The position numbers and the translations under genes were made by a program. 64,000 nt of DNA, taken from Octopus bimaculoides (Eukaryota). Position 1 is the stretch's first letter. Each line of letters opens with the position of its first letter. Under the pieces are notes generated by a model. The model made no database searches, was not told the DNA's origin, and worked only from the letters and a program-made list of their open reading frames with translations. The stretch spans positions 2,278,877 through 2,342,876 of the forward strand of contig NC_068995.1 in assembly GCF_001194135.2 (NCBI RefSeq). Direction: 5' to 3'. Positions 52,446 through 64,000 of the stretch are shown one piece after another.

Positions 52446-53543
52446 GGAGATCGTAAGCATTCAGTGTAGAAAAATGTTGGTGATTCCACTTAAAAAAGAA
52501 CCAACCACACTTTCACACACACACACACACACACACAACGCATAAACAGAGCCTGAAAGATTACTTTAAGATACATGGCGTATTTTATAAATATGCCTGT
52601 TCATGTATCATAATAGCATGAAACTATTGATAGCTTTTTCGGTTGTGTATTTAATTTCATGTTTGTGTGCGTGAGTATGCGCGCGCGCACGCGTGTGTAT
52701 GTTTTTATGCATATGTATATATATATATGTACGTATGTATATACACACATACATATATATATATGTATATGCATAAATGTATATATATATATATGTGTGT
52801 GTGTACATGTACACTCATACACACACTCTTACACACACACACACACACACAAATATGGACAGTTTAACTGAGTTTTGTCTTCACAGCAGAGAAGAAATGA
52901 CAGTTCACTGACGAAGTAAATTAAAGGAAAAAGAAAACAGAAAATATCAGAACCTTCCGCACAAAAAAAGTAATAAGAAGAATTGGACAAAAATAACATT
53001 TGCACTTAGAAGAAGGGTTATGTATTTTATATATGTATGTGGCTGAAACCCATGAATAAATAAATAGATAAATAAATAAATAAATAAATATATATACATN
53101 NNNNNNNNNNNNNNNNNNNNNNNNNNNNNNNNNNNNNNNNNNNNNNNNNNNNNNNNNNNNNNNNNNNNNNNNNNNNNNNNNNNNNNNNNNNNNNNNNNNN
53201 NNNNNNNNNNNNNNNNNNNNNNNNNNNNNNNNNNNNNNNNNNNNNNNNNNNNNNNNNNNNNNNNNNNNNNNNNNNNNNNNNNCCTCTGTTCTAACCTTGA
53301 GCAGTTCGGCTTCTCAAAGAGTGAATAATGATAGTTAATTGACATTTTAAACATTCCTGCAATTAGAGGAAGCGTGAAAGAACCCTCTCTCTCTGGTAAT
53401 CGGAACCTAATTCGTCGAGCATTCAGTGGTGAGGAACCAACAATAGACTCTTTCTTCTCGGCACCGGGAATGCTTATTGTTGTAAATATTTCAATATATA
53501 TTAATCAAAAATACACACACACACGCACACATATGTGGATGTA

Positions 53544-53583
<40 letters not shown>

Positions 53584-53778
53584 TATATATATACACATAT
53601 ATATACATACATATATACATACGTATATATATATGTATATATATATATATACATATATGTATGTGTGTGTAAATATATATATATATATGCATACATACTC
53701 ACACGTACCTTTACATAGGGGTATGCATACATCTCTCCTTTCTCTCTCTCTCTCTCTTTGTCTCTCTCTCTCTCTTTG

Positions 53779-53850
<72 letters not shown>

Positions 53851-55027
53851 TATATAGTGGAAGCGCATGGCTCACTGTTTTAGTCAAAAAAAATTATTAA
53901 CTTCTTGCAGAGTTCGAGCACACGGCAACATAATATCTCCTCCACTATTTAAGTATTACGTGTCAAAAGTGAAACAAAAACACTCATGTCAAATACTTTC
54001 ACTTTAAAAATGAAACTATTCCACTAACTGAAACAATCACATTTCGATACTGTAGTGACAGATACTTTCACAGAGAGAGAAAGAGAGAAAGAGAGAGACA
54101 GAAAGAGAGCGACAGAAAGAGAGAGAGAGAGAGATGTATATGTATACATATACATGTATATGTACACCATTTCGATACTGTAATGACAGATACTTTCAGA
54201 GAGAGAGAGAGAGAGAAAGAGAGAAAGNNNNNNNNNNNNNNNNNNNNNNNNNNNNNNNNNNNNNNNNNNNNNNNNNNNNNNNNNNNNNNNNNNNNNNNNN
54301 NNNNNNNNNNNNNNNNNNNNNNNNNNNNNNNNNNNNNNNNNNNNNNNNNNNNNNNNNNNNNNNNNNNNNNNNNNNNNNNNNNNNNNNNNNNNNNNNNNNN
54401 NNNNNNNNNNNNNNNNNNNNNNNNNNNNNNNNNNNNNNNNNNNNNNNNNNNNNNNNNNNNNNNNNNNNNNNNNNNNNNNNNNNNNNNNNNNNNNNNNNNN
54501 NNNNNNNNNNNNNNNNNNNNNNNNNNNNNNNNNNNNNNNNNNNNNNNNNNNNNNNNNNNNNNNNNNNNNNNNNNNNNNNNNNNNNNNNNNNNNNNNNNNN
54601 NNNNNNNNNNNNNNNNNNNNNNNNNNNNNNNNNNNNNNNNNNNNNNNNNNNNNNNNNNNNNNNNNNNNNNNNNNNNNNNNNNNNNNNNNNNNNNNNNNNN
54701 NNNNNNNNNNNNNNNNNNNNNNNNNNNNNNNNNNNNNNNNNNNNNNNNNNNNNNNNNNNNNNNNNNNNNNNNNNNNNNNNNNNNNNNNNNNNNNNNNNNN
54801 NNNNNNNNNNNNNNNNNNNNNNNNNNNNNNNNNNNNNNNNNNNNNNNNNNNNNNNNNNNNNNNNNNNNNNNNNNNNNNNNNNNNNNNNNNNNNNNNNNNN
54901 NNNNNNNNNNNNNNNNNNNNNNNNNNNNNNNNNNNNNNNNNNNNNNNNNNNNNNNNNNNNNNNNNNNNNNNNNNNNNNNNNNNNNNNNNNNNNNNNNNNN
55001 NNNNNNNNNNNNNNNNNNNNNNNNNNN

Positions 55028-55420
55028 CCATGTCCATAAACAAATCTCAGGGTCAAACACTGTCTGTAGCTGGTCTTCTCTTGGAAGAGCCCTGCTTCTC
55101 ACATGGACAACTGTATGTTGGCTGCTCAAGAGTGGGCAGCAAAAAAAAACCTATTTGTATATGCTCCACAAGGGAAAACAAGGAACATAGTTTACAACGA
55201 GGTGTTATAATCACAACAGCAAGAAAGTATGTACATGATCACCTTCTTTTACGAAACTTCATTGACTTTCATATATTTATATTGATATACATATATATAC
55301 GTGTGTTTGGGTGCGTGTGTGTATATACATCTCTATATATAAAGATGATGCGTAGTCTAGACGGCGTTTTTAGATTTCATTATTCTCTTTAACCCGGGCA
55401 ACGCCGGGTATTTCTGCTAG
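55028..55420 (+). mobile_element. Helitron 3' end: PIF1-like helicase C-terminus, subterminal hairpin and CTAG terminus
   Basis: MSINKSQGQTLSVAGLLLEEPCFSHGQLYVGCSRV; a +1 slip in the A-run at 55141-55149, then KNLFVYAPQGKTRNIVYNEVL-stop (55210). Hairpin acccgg-gcaacg-ccgggt at 55392-55409; CTAG at 55417-55420 followed by T. Confidence 0.92.
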
Positions 55421-56078
55421 TATATATATATATAAGGATGAAGATCTACGTCACAGTACACATCATGGTACTAATTTCCTTCAGACATATACATTGAGTA
55501 GAGGAGGCACAAAGTGCTCCACAGGAAACTCTACAATTACTCCTAGCGACGTATTTTGTCGCCAAAAAGTGTTCAGCATATATTCACAAAATTATAGAGC
55601 TTCGATCGATTCTAAATTGATAACCGACCGGCGGCTAACGAAGGGCGTTCCCACGCTTGTGTTTTCGTTCCCTCGTTAATGTCTCTGCTCGTTATTACCA
55701 TCTTGTAAATTTGTTTTACTTATGCACCGTAATACAGTTCGCATGTTATTTAGGCTCCTTTGTAGAGTATACTGTAGGAGTTAGATATAATTATTATTGA
55801 AGGAACAAGCTGTTTAATACATCATTTCAATTTAATGTGTGTGATCCCTAAAATCAAATGGAGGATGTCATTAGAAACAAAGAGTTATTACCGATCCGGG
55901 CAGAATACTCCATAAGCTCAAAGTTGGCTCAGCAAGATGACAATATGGTTTAGATTTGTAAAGAATTTCTTGTATACTCGTGGCAGGGTCCGAGGCTATA
56001 GTTCATCACCATTCTATATTGTAAGTCTTTGGTCATATTTCCAGTTAGACTGGTCTTTTACACAGACTGACATACAAA

Positions 56079-56523
56079 ACAAGGCATAAATAATGGTCTT
56101 TGCATATTCTTTTCTTGGAGTAAATTTGAGTTACAGCTGTTTCTGATAAACGTTATTGGTTCGTTCATCGATTGGTTTACTCAATCGATCCATTGATTGG
56201 TTGAGAAAAATCGAACGACCTTAAAGAACTCATCCGAGTCATAGTATTCTGATAAAAAATAAAAAAAAACAGAGCAATGATGAATGAACAATACAGGTAT
56301 GCTTTCTCATACCTGTACCGTTCAATTTATCATTGTTCTGCTTGGTTCTTCATCAGAATACTGCGACTGCGATGAAGATAGCATGAGTTCTTTAAGGTCG
56401 TTCGATTTTTCTCAACCGATCAATGGACCGATTGAGTTAACCGATCGATGAACGAACCAATAATGTCTTTTAGAACCAGATGTAACTCAAATTCACTGCA
56501 ACAAAAGAATTTTTATACCTTGT
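56079..56523. repeat. Long imperfect palindrome (foldback), at least 445 bp, with a 6-nt loop at 56302-56307
   Basis: Arms pair from tacaggtatg/catacctgta out to acaaggcataaa/tttataccttgt. The right arm runs into gap 56525-57206. Confidence 0.92.
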
Positions 56524-57206
56524 CNNNNNNNNNNNNNNNNNNNNNNNNNNNNNNNNNNNNNNNNNNNNNNNNNNNNNNNNNNNNNNNNNNNNNNNNNNNN
56601 NNNNNNNNNNNNNNNNNNNNNNNNNNNNNNNNNNNNNNNNNNNNNNNNNNNNNNNNNNNNNNNNNNNNNNNNNNNNNNNNNNNNNNNNNNNNNNNNNNNN
56701 NNNNNNNNNNNNNNNNNNNNNNNNNNNNNNNNNNNNNNNNNNNNNNNNNNNNNNNNNNNNNNNNNNNNNNNNNNNNNNNNNNNNNNNNNNNNNNNNNNNN
56801 NNNNNNNNNNNNNNNNNNNNNNNNNNNNNNNNNNNNNNNNNNNNNNNNNNNNNNNNNNNNNNNNNNNNNNNNNNNNNNNNNNNNNNNNNNNNNNNNNNNN
56901 NNNNNNNNNNNNNNNNNNNNNNNNNNNNNNNNNNNNNNNNNNNNNNNNNNNNNNNNNNNNNNNNNNNNNNNNNNNNNNNNNNNNNNNNNNNNNNNNNNNN
57001 NNNNNNNNNNNNNNNNNNNNNNNNNNNNNNNNNNNNNNNNNNNNNNNNNNNNNNNNNNNNNNNNNNNNNNNNNNNNNNNNNNNNNNNNNNNNNNNNNNNN
57101 NNNNNNNNNNNNNNNNNNNNNNNNNNNNNNNNNNNNNNNNNNNNNNNNNNNNNNNNNNNNNNNNNNNNNNNNNNNNNNNNNNNNNNNNNNNNNNNNNNNN
57201 NNNNNN

Positions 57207-57251
<45 letters not shown>

Positions 57252-57743
57252 CACGCATATACGCGCGTCCCCAGAGTTTGCGTGAGTGAGAAGCTATCAG
57301 CTGAAAATATTGTCATAAATCTCTAATTCTTGCGTTGAGTGAAGTAAACCGATCGTCTATTGTGCTAGGTGCAATGTTGAACCTTCAGCCCAAACTTTTC
57401 AGCGTTTATGATGTAAAAAATGTAACAATTAGAAGCATAATGCCGACAGCTTTCATGTTTACGCTCAAACTGACAGATCGTGTTGCTTAGTTTTAATGTT
57501 TTCTTACACGCCATCTTACACGCTTTGTTTGTTTGACACGCGGTATTAGATCTGTGATTTGTCATGTTTTCACCAGAAACAACATAACTTTAGCTTCTCA
57601 TATACATTCGTTCTCGTCAATAATATATATTTTCACAGTTTTTGTTTTGTTGGTTTTGGTGGGTTTTTTAAAATTCTTTTTCTTTCCTGCCTTCTTCCCT
57701 ATTCTTTATCCTGACATCGATTCATCAGATGTACATAAAAACT

Positions 57744-58685
57744 GACGGTCATTTTGTTTCAATAATAGTATAGCCATCTTCGTTGTTTTTGTTGTTTAAC
57801 ACAGATTCAGCCATGCTGAACAGACCCATGACCAAATGTATTCCAGTCTTTATTTTCTTCAGGCTCTGCCGACCTACAACAGTACTTCTCAAAGCGAGTA
57901 GTGCGGCTCCCAGAGTGTACGGTGGTAAATTTCATATGGGTACTGGGGACAGGACGGACGGTAGGGGGAGCTATAAGTTACCTCATTTTTCAAAAAGTAC
58001 TTTTATTCTTTGATTCTCTTCAACAAGAATCTGCTCTGCCCCTATTCTTTCTCTCATACCTCAAGCGGCGCCTATCGTAGAGATGCCCCTACCATCTCCT
58101 CGAGTTTCATAAACTTGCGAGCAGCATGACGATCTCACTAGTTCCGGTGGAACGAAAAAGGTACCCCCGTACACACTGTAAGGTCGTTGGCGATAGGAAG
58201 AGCATCAGACCGAGGAAACCGAAGGAGACTCTGGAGCACGATGCAATCCTTGGACCCACCGGATTCTGTCGACCCGTCCAACCAATGCCAGCATGGAAGA
58301 TGTATCTTAAAGGATGACGACGACGATGACGACGCCGATGCAGGCGACGGTGTTGGTTCTGTGTGCAAACCATCTGGTAACAATCAGAACTGAAAATGTC
58401 GTTTTGACAATCCATATTTATATATCAATGCCATTCAAAGACGAACAATTGGTTTCAGTCATTAGATTGCGGCCATGCTGGGGCACTGCCCCGAAGAAGT
58501 TTCTAAGTGAATGAATCGCACTACTCGCTTTGAGAAGTACTGTTGTAGGTCGGCAGAGCCCGAAGAAAATAAAGACTGGAATACGTTTGATCATGGGTCT
58601 GTTCAGCTTGGCTGAATCTGTGTTAAACAGCAACGAGGACGACCACGGAGACGGCTATACGATTATCGAAACAAAATGAACCGAC
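57744..58685. repeat. Inverted repeat pair: arms of about 165 bp (57744-57905 and 58517-58685) around a spacer of about 610 bp
   Basis: For example, ttcttcaggctctgccgacctacaacagtacttctcaaagcgagtagtgcg pairs with cgcactactcgctttgagaagtactgttgtaggtcggcagagcccgaagaa. Confidence 0.9.
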
Positions 58686-58699
58686 CCATATTTTCTTGA

Positions 58700-58790
58700 A
58701 GCCTGCTGCTTATTTAATCGGTCTCTTTTGCCGAACCACTAAGTTACGGGACGTAAACACACCAACATAAACACAGACACAAAGACACAC
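58700..58790 (-). mobile_element. SINE family A, internal fragment
   Basis: atcggtctcttttgccgaaccactaagttacgggacgtaaacacacc matches 13885-13935. Confidence 0.75.
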
Positions 58791-58792
58791 AA

Positions 58793-58827
<35 letters not shown>

Positions 58828-59733
58828 NNNNNNNNNNNNNNNNNNNNNNNNNNNNNNNNNNNNNNNNNNNNNNNNNNNNNNNNNNNNNNNNNNNNNNNNN
58901 NNNNNNNNNNNNNNNNNNNNNNNNNNNNNNNNNNNNNNNNNNNNNNNNNNNNNNNNNNNNNNNNNNNNNNNNNNNNNNNNNNNNNNNNNNNNNNNNNNNN
59001 NNNNNNNNNNNNNNNNNNNNNNNNNNNNNNNNNNNNNNNNNNNNNNNNNNNNNNNNNNNNNNNNNNNNNNNNNNNNNNNNNNNNNNNNNNNNNNNNNNNN
59101 NNNNNNNNNNNNNNNNNNNNNNNNNNNNNNNNNNNNNNNNNNNNNNNNNNNNNNNNNNNNNNNNNNNNNNNNNNNNNNNNNNNNNNNNNNNNNNNNNNNN
59201 NNNNNNNNNNNNNNNNNNNNNNNNNNNNNNNNNNNNNNNNNNNNNNNNNNNNNNNNNNNNNNNNNNNNNNNNNNNNNNNNNNNNNNNNNNNNNNNNNNNN
59301 NNNNNNNNNNNNNNNNNNNNNNNNNNNNNNNNNNNNNNNNNNNNNNNNNNNNNNNNACACACACACACACACACACACATCAATACCTCAAGTAGATTTC
59401 GTCTCTTTTCTGTCGTCTGGGACACACAAAAAAAATGGAAGTTTCATTTTGGAGTTAATTTGTGAGTGTTTTATCTGCTAACTGTATTTTGGTCATTGAG
59501 ATAGAGTGAGCGGGGGGGGGGGATTTTAGGGAGGGCGAGATAACAAGACAAGACCTTAGGGGTGGAGAGTAGACTTAATATATTATGTGTATATATATGT
59601 GTAGTGTATATATTTATATGTATTTGTGTACACATACACACACACACGCACACACTCACAAATACACACCTACACACATATACACATATATACATACTAA
59701 CAGACACATAACGTAAATGCATATACATATATG

Positions 59734-59765
<32 letters not shown>

Positions 59766-59884
59766 CACACACACACACATAATTATGTTGGAATAAGTAG
59801 AAACTGTCTAGATAAACAAGATAGACAAAGTGGTGAGGATTGAGCTGGTTAGAGATGATGGATGAGGAGAGAAAGAGAGAGAGG

Positions 59885-59933
<49 letters not shown>

Positions 59934-60156
59934 CAGACTGACAGACAGGCAGTATCGAAGTGTTAAGCTTGAGGACAGTATGTATTTCTAAATATAGGAA
60001 TATATATAGCAGAATATTGTATATTTAATAAGAAGTGTGTGTGTGTTGTTGATGTTTAGATGAGGTGAGTTCTAATCAAGGAGTCATGCGACGAAAGGAA
60101 TTAATTAGAGCGGGGAGAGGGACAGGGGGAGAGAGAGGGAGAGAGATTGAATATGG

Positions 60157-60200
<44 letters not shown>

Positions 60201-60505
60201 TTGTGTATCGTACCAATACACGCTTACCAATGCGCAAAATAACACACATACACTTATAATTACATACACACTGTAAAATTAAAATGCACACATAGACACA
60301 CACACACACACACACACGCACTCTCTCTTTCTCTTACACACACACACACATACACACATGCACGCATACATGCATACACATCTCCCGACAAAAACCAAAG
60401 GCATAGACTGCGAAACCCTCGGCCATCCCGATTCAATTTCGTGAATATTGAAAAAGTAGGGACTATTAAATATGCTATTACACAATCATGCTAATATTTA
60501 AATAA

Positions 60506-60550
<45 letters not shown>

Positions 60551-60841
60551 CACACACTCATGCACACACACGCGCGCATACACGCACACATACCCGGTAA
60601 ACATATATACATACTGAAAGCATACGCACATGCATACTCACATACACACAGGCACACACACACACACACACAGGCATATACATACACACTGAAAGCATAA
60701 CTACACACGCACAGGCAGCAGAATGACACACACTTCATGCAACACCAGACGACCTGCCAAACACACACCACGCACCGGGAAAACGTGATAAAAGGATGCA
60801 TACACACTATTCCAAAAACAGACTACACACACATACACACA

Positions 60842-60893
<52 letters not shown>

Positions 60894-61757
60894 TACACAC
60901 ACTTAAATTCCCACATACACATTCAAACATACAACACTCACACACAATATATCTTCCCGAAATTATCTGTTTTTCTGTTTTCTAAAACATAAAACCATTT
61001 TTTTCTTATTTGTTTTTAATTTTTCGCTCCTCTTCTTAATTTCATAATTTCTTTCTCCTTTTTATGACGAAAGATTAAAATTCGAAACGTTAAGAACATT
61101 TCCACATCTTCTGCAAGAGTTAATCTAAGGATAATGACTTTAATATTGTCTTTCGCATACCGGCATTATTTTTCTTTCCCACCCTTTATTCCCCTCCCTC
61201 GCTCTCCTTATAAATAAGTGTACATGTTTATGTATATCCATGTGTGTATATATACATATACGTATATATGTATATATATGTGTGTATGTGTGTATATAAG
61301 CACACACAATTATATATATATGTGTGTGTATGTGTACACGCATATACCAATATATGAGAGGAAATATATCTATCCCCACTTAGTATTGTCCCTGCCGCTA
61401 ATATACAACTCACACACACACATGCGCGCGCGCGTGTATTAGCCCCACCAATAACAATCGCTCCAGGCTGACCATCTGTTTGCTCCGGGTTTGCACCTAT
61501 TGCAGTACATTACACTTAAATCCTAAATTCCTCAAACTTCCTAAACTCTACAGTGACCCCCTCCCCCTCCTCACACGGACCACCACCACCACCACCACCA
61601 CCAACACCGCCACCAACACCATGCTATCTCCGTCGACGTCTTCACTGCCATTATTTCTATCTCTTCCACCTTCACCACCACCGCCACCAAGACCTCCGCC
61701 ACCAGCAATAATACGGCTGCATCTCTTACTATCCACCCAACACTACCACCACCACCA

Positions 61758-61840
61758 CGAAGAAGAAGAAGAAGAAGAAGAAGAAGAAGAAGAAGAAGAA
61801 GAAGAAGAAGAAGAAGAAGAAGAAGAAGAAGAAGAAGAAG
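61758..61840 (+). repeat. Pure (GAA)n microsatellite running into a gap
   Basis: Direct inspection. Confidence 0.95.
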
Positions 61841-62010
61841 NNNNNNNNNNNNNNNNNNNNNNNNNNNNNNNNNNNNNNNNNNNNNNNNNNNNNNNNNNNN
61901 NNNNNNNNNNNNNNNNNNNNNNNNNNNNNNNNNNNNNNNNNNNNNNNNNNNNNNNNNNNNNNNNNNNNNNNNNNNNNNNNNNNNNNNNNNNNNNNNNNNN
62001 NNNNNNNNNN

Positions 62011-62079
62011 TAGAGACGGATGAAATGCCGCTAAGCATTCTTCCCCGTGTGCTAACGGTTCTGCCAGCTCACCGCCTTC
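62011..62079 (-). mobile_element. SINE B 5' end abutting (AAT)n
   Basis: gaaatgccgctaagcatt...gctaacggttctgccagctcaccgccttc followed by (aat)n to about 62135. Confidence 0.75.
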
Positions 62080-62134
<55 letters not shown>

Positions 62135-62313
62135 TTACTTTTCAACAGATGAATAGAAGAAATAGGCGTAAAACCTAGTTTAGGGCCTTTCCCGAAAACA
62201 CTATTATTAGGGAGAGCAAAGAGAGGAAGGTCGTTGGCATCTAAGGTTACTTGTTGTAGCCTGATGTTAAGAATGTTTCCTTTCCGACACTTTAATATGT
62301 TGTGCATATATGA

Positions 62314-62351
<38 letters not shown>

Positions 62352-64000
62352 TAATAATAATGATAATAATAAGGATGATGATGATGATAGTGATGATGAT
62401 GATGATGATAATAATGATGATGGTGATGGTGATGTAAAATAAAATACATATGCATGTATGTGTGTATATCTATGTGAATGTATATGCGTGTATATAAGTA
62501 TATATACATATATACACACACACATATACAAATATATACACAGCTTTTAGCAAGCACTCAGTTGCAATTAGTGACGATTATTTTTTTTTTCTATATGGCT
62601 TTGTATTACGGCTAGCTACTTAGATTAATGTGTGTGTGTGTGTGTGTGAAGATCGTTGCATGTGTGACTAAGTTCGTGTACCGTGGGGAGAAGGCAAATC
62701 TGATGTTTATAGTCAAGCCTTTCTCTGGGCGAAAGATGGAAATATTTTTAATACATGTGACGCAGTTAGCGCAACTTTATATAGAGGACTTGGGTGTGGC
62801 TAACAGCGGGTCAGTGGCCAGAGAGATGGAATATAGTGTGGGAGGGGAATTTTAATGAATTAAGCAGAAAAAGTTATAAATATCGTTGATCGAGGGTGCA
62901 GCGGTACAGGAGTGTTGCGAATATTTATATCAGCAAAATACGCAGATATATCTGCGTGATATATAACTTTAAGTAAAAATATATTTACATGACGCTTAAC
63001 AACACACACAGATATATCTATATGCACATAGTTGCATGCACAGATAAACCTATGTGTCAATAGCAACACACACAAACATAGCCATACTTTCAAAGCGATT
63101 AGTATAATTAGGGCCCAACTTAGTACCCATAGCTATACCGCTAACCATTGATGAAATTGCGGGAAAAGCAGCACTTTAAGAAGGTCGAATTCATTTTATG
63201 CGGAGAAGGTTCGTTGCCCTGGTCTGTGGTGTGGAACGAAGGCATATATAATATGTGTCTGTGTGTATCATATATGCATATCATGTGTGTGTGCGTGTAT
63301 ACAAACATACACACACACATACATACATAAGTTAAAGATATATATATATATAAATATATATGTACATACATGTGTTTATATACATATATATATATATATG
63401 TATACATTTGTATGTATACACACATATATGCATATAATCCATATGTGTGTGTATGTGTGTGCACACACCGATGTTCAAGAAATCGAACCCACCACAATGG
63501 TGACCATGTACTTATTAACACACACACACACACACACGCGCACACAGTTTATTTGATAAGTATGTGTAGGTGTGTGTTAATTATATCTTTTCGGCAAATT
63601 CCATCGTAACTTAATTTTGCTGCAGACATTTTATTCAATATGTATAATGCGCGCGTGCACATACACACACACATTCACACACACACACACATGAAACAGA
63701 ACCAAGTGTCTTTTGGTTCTTTCTTCTTTCCGCTTCAAAGTCCGTTGATGACATTCCTGTGCATCCCCTCCACCCGATCCACTCCACCCGTATACACAAC
63801 GTATGTTTAATATTGATGAGGGTGTTCATTAACAAGGAACTATTCTCACGGCAGCAGCAGTAGGGGTACTTAGGTGTGGCTGCTGTCTGGGCCAACTTTC
63901 CTCGCGATGTTTATTAATTAAAAAGCATATTTCTATCAGTCAATTTTTAACATCAAACACCTTGTGTAATGAAAAACTAACAGATTATAAGCAAAACAAA

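Noticed and set aside
61480-61840. Thr/Pro/Glu-rich ORF
   Set aside because: Built from (ACC)n and (GAA)n microsatellites and ends in a gap.
63635-63895. 86-aa minus-strand ORF
   Set aside because: No recognisable motif or splice context, and it ends in (TG)n.

Overview
This is AT-rich, microsatellite-dense eukaryotic genomic DNA with roughly 9 kb in N-gaps. The repeat types suggest a coleoid cephalopod (octopus-like) draft scaffold, which is an inference. One multi-exon gene on the + strand can be reconstructed from GT-AG splice sites and reading-frame phase. It is the 3' part of a Piccolo/RIM-superfamily presynaptic active-zone gene, with confident C2A-domain exons at 13122-13252, 14540-14724 and 15489-15703. 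A probable 39-nt microexon lies at 4139-4177, and tail exons lie at 28668-28793, 29586-29698 and 31385-31406 (stop). The C2A domain keeps all five Ca2+-ligand aspartates (Piccolo-like rather than RIM-like), and no C2B domain is seen. The rest is intron or intergenic sequence filled with transposon debris: a decayed D34D mariner, a Helitron 3' end, RTE and CR1/L2-like LINE remnants, an R4/Dong-like endonuclease fragment, tRNA-type SINE families and MITEs. Other notable structures are a foldback palindrome of at least 445 bp, an intronic array of RFX X-box-like motifs and a decayed antisense reading frame with an LRR-cap-like motif. Almost all ORFs in the supplied track are artefacts of microsatellites or N-runs. 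No rRNA, tRNA or CRISPR array was found.
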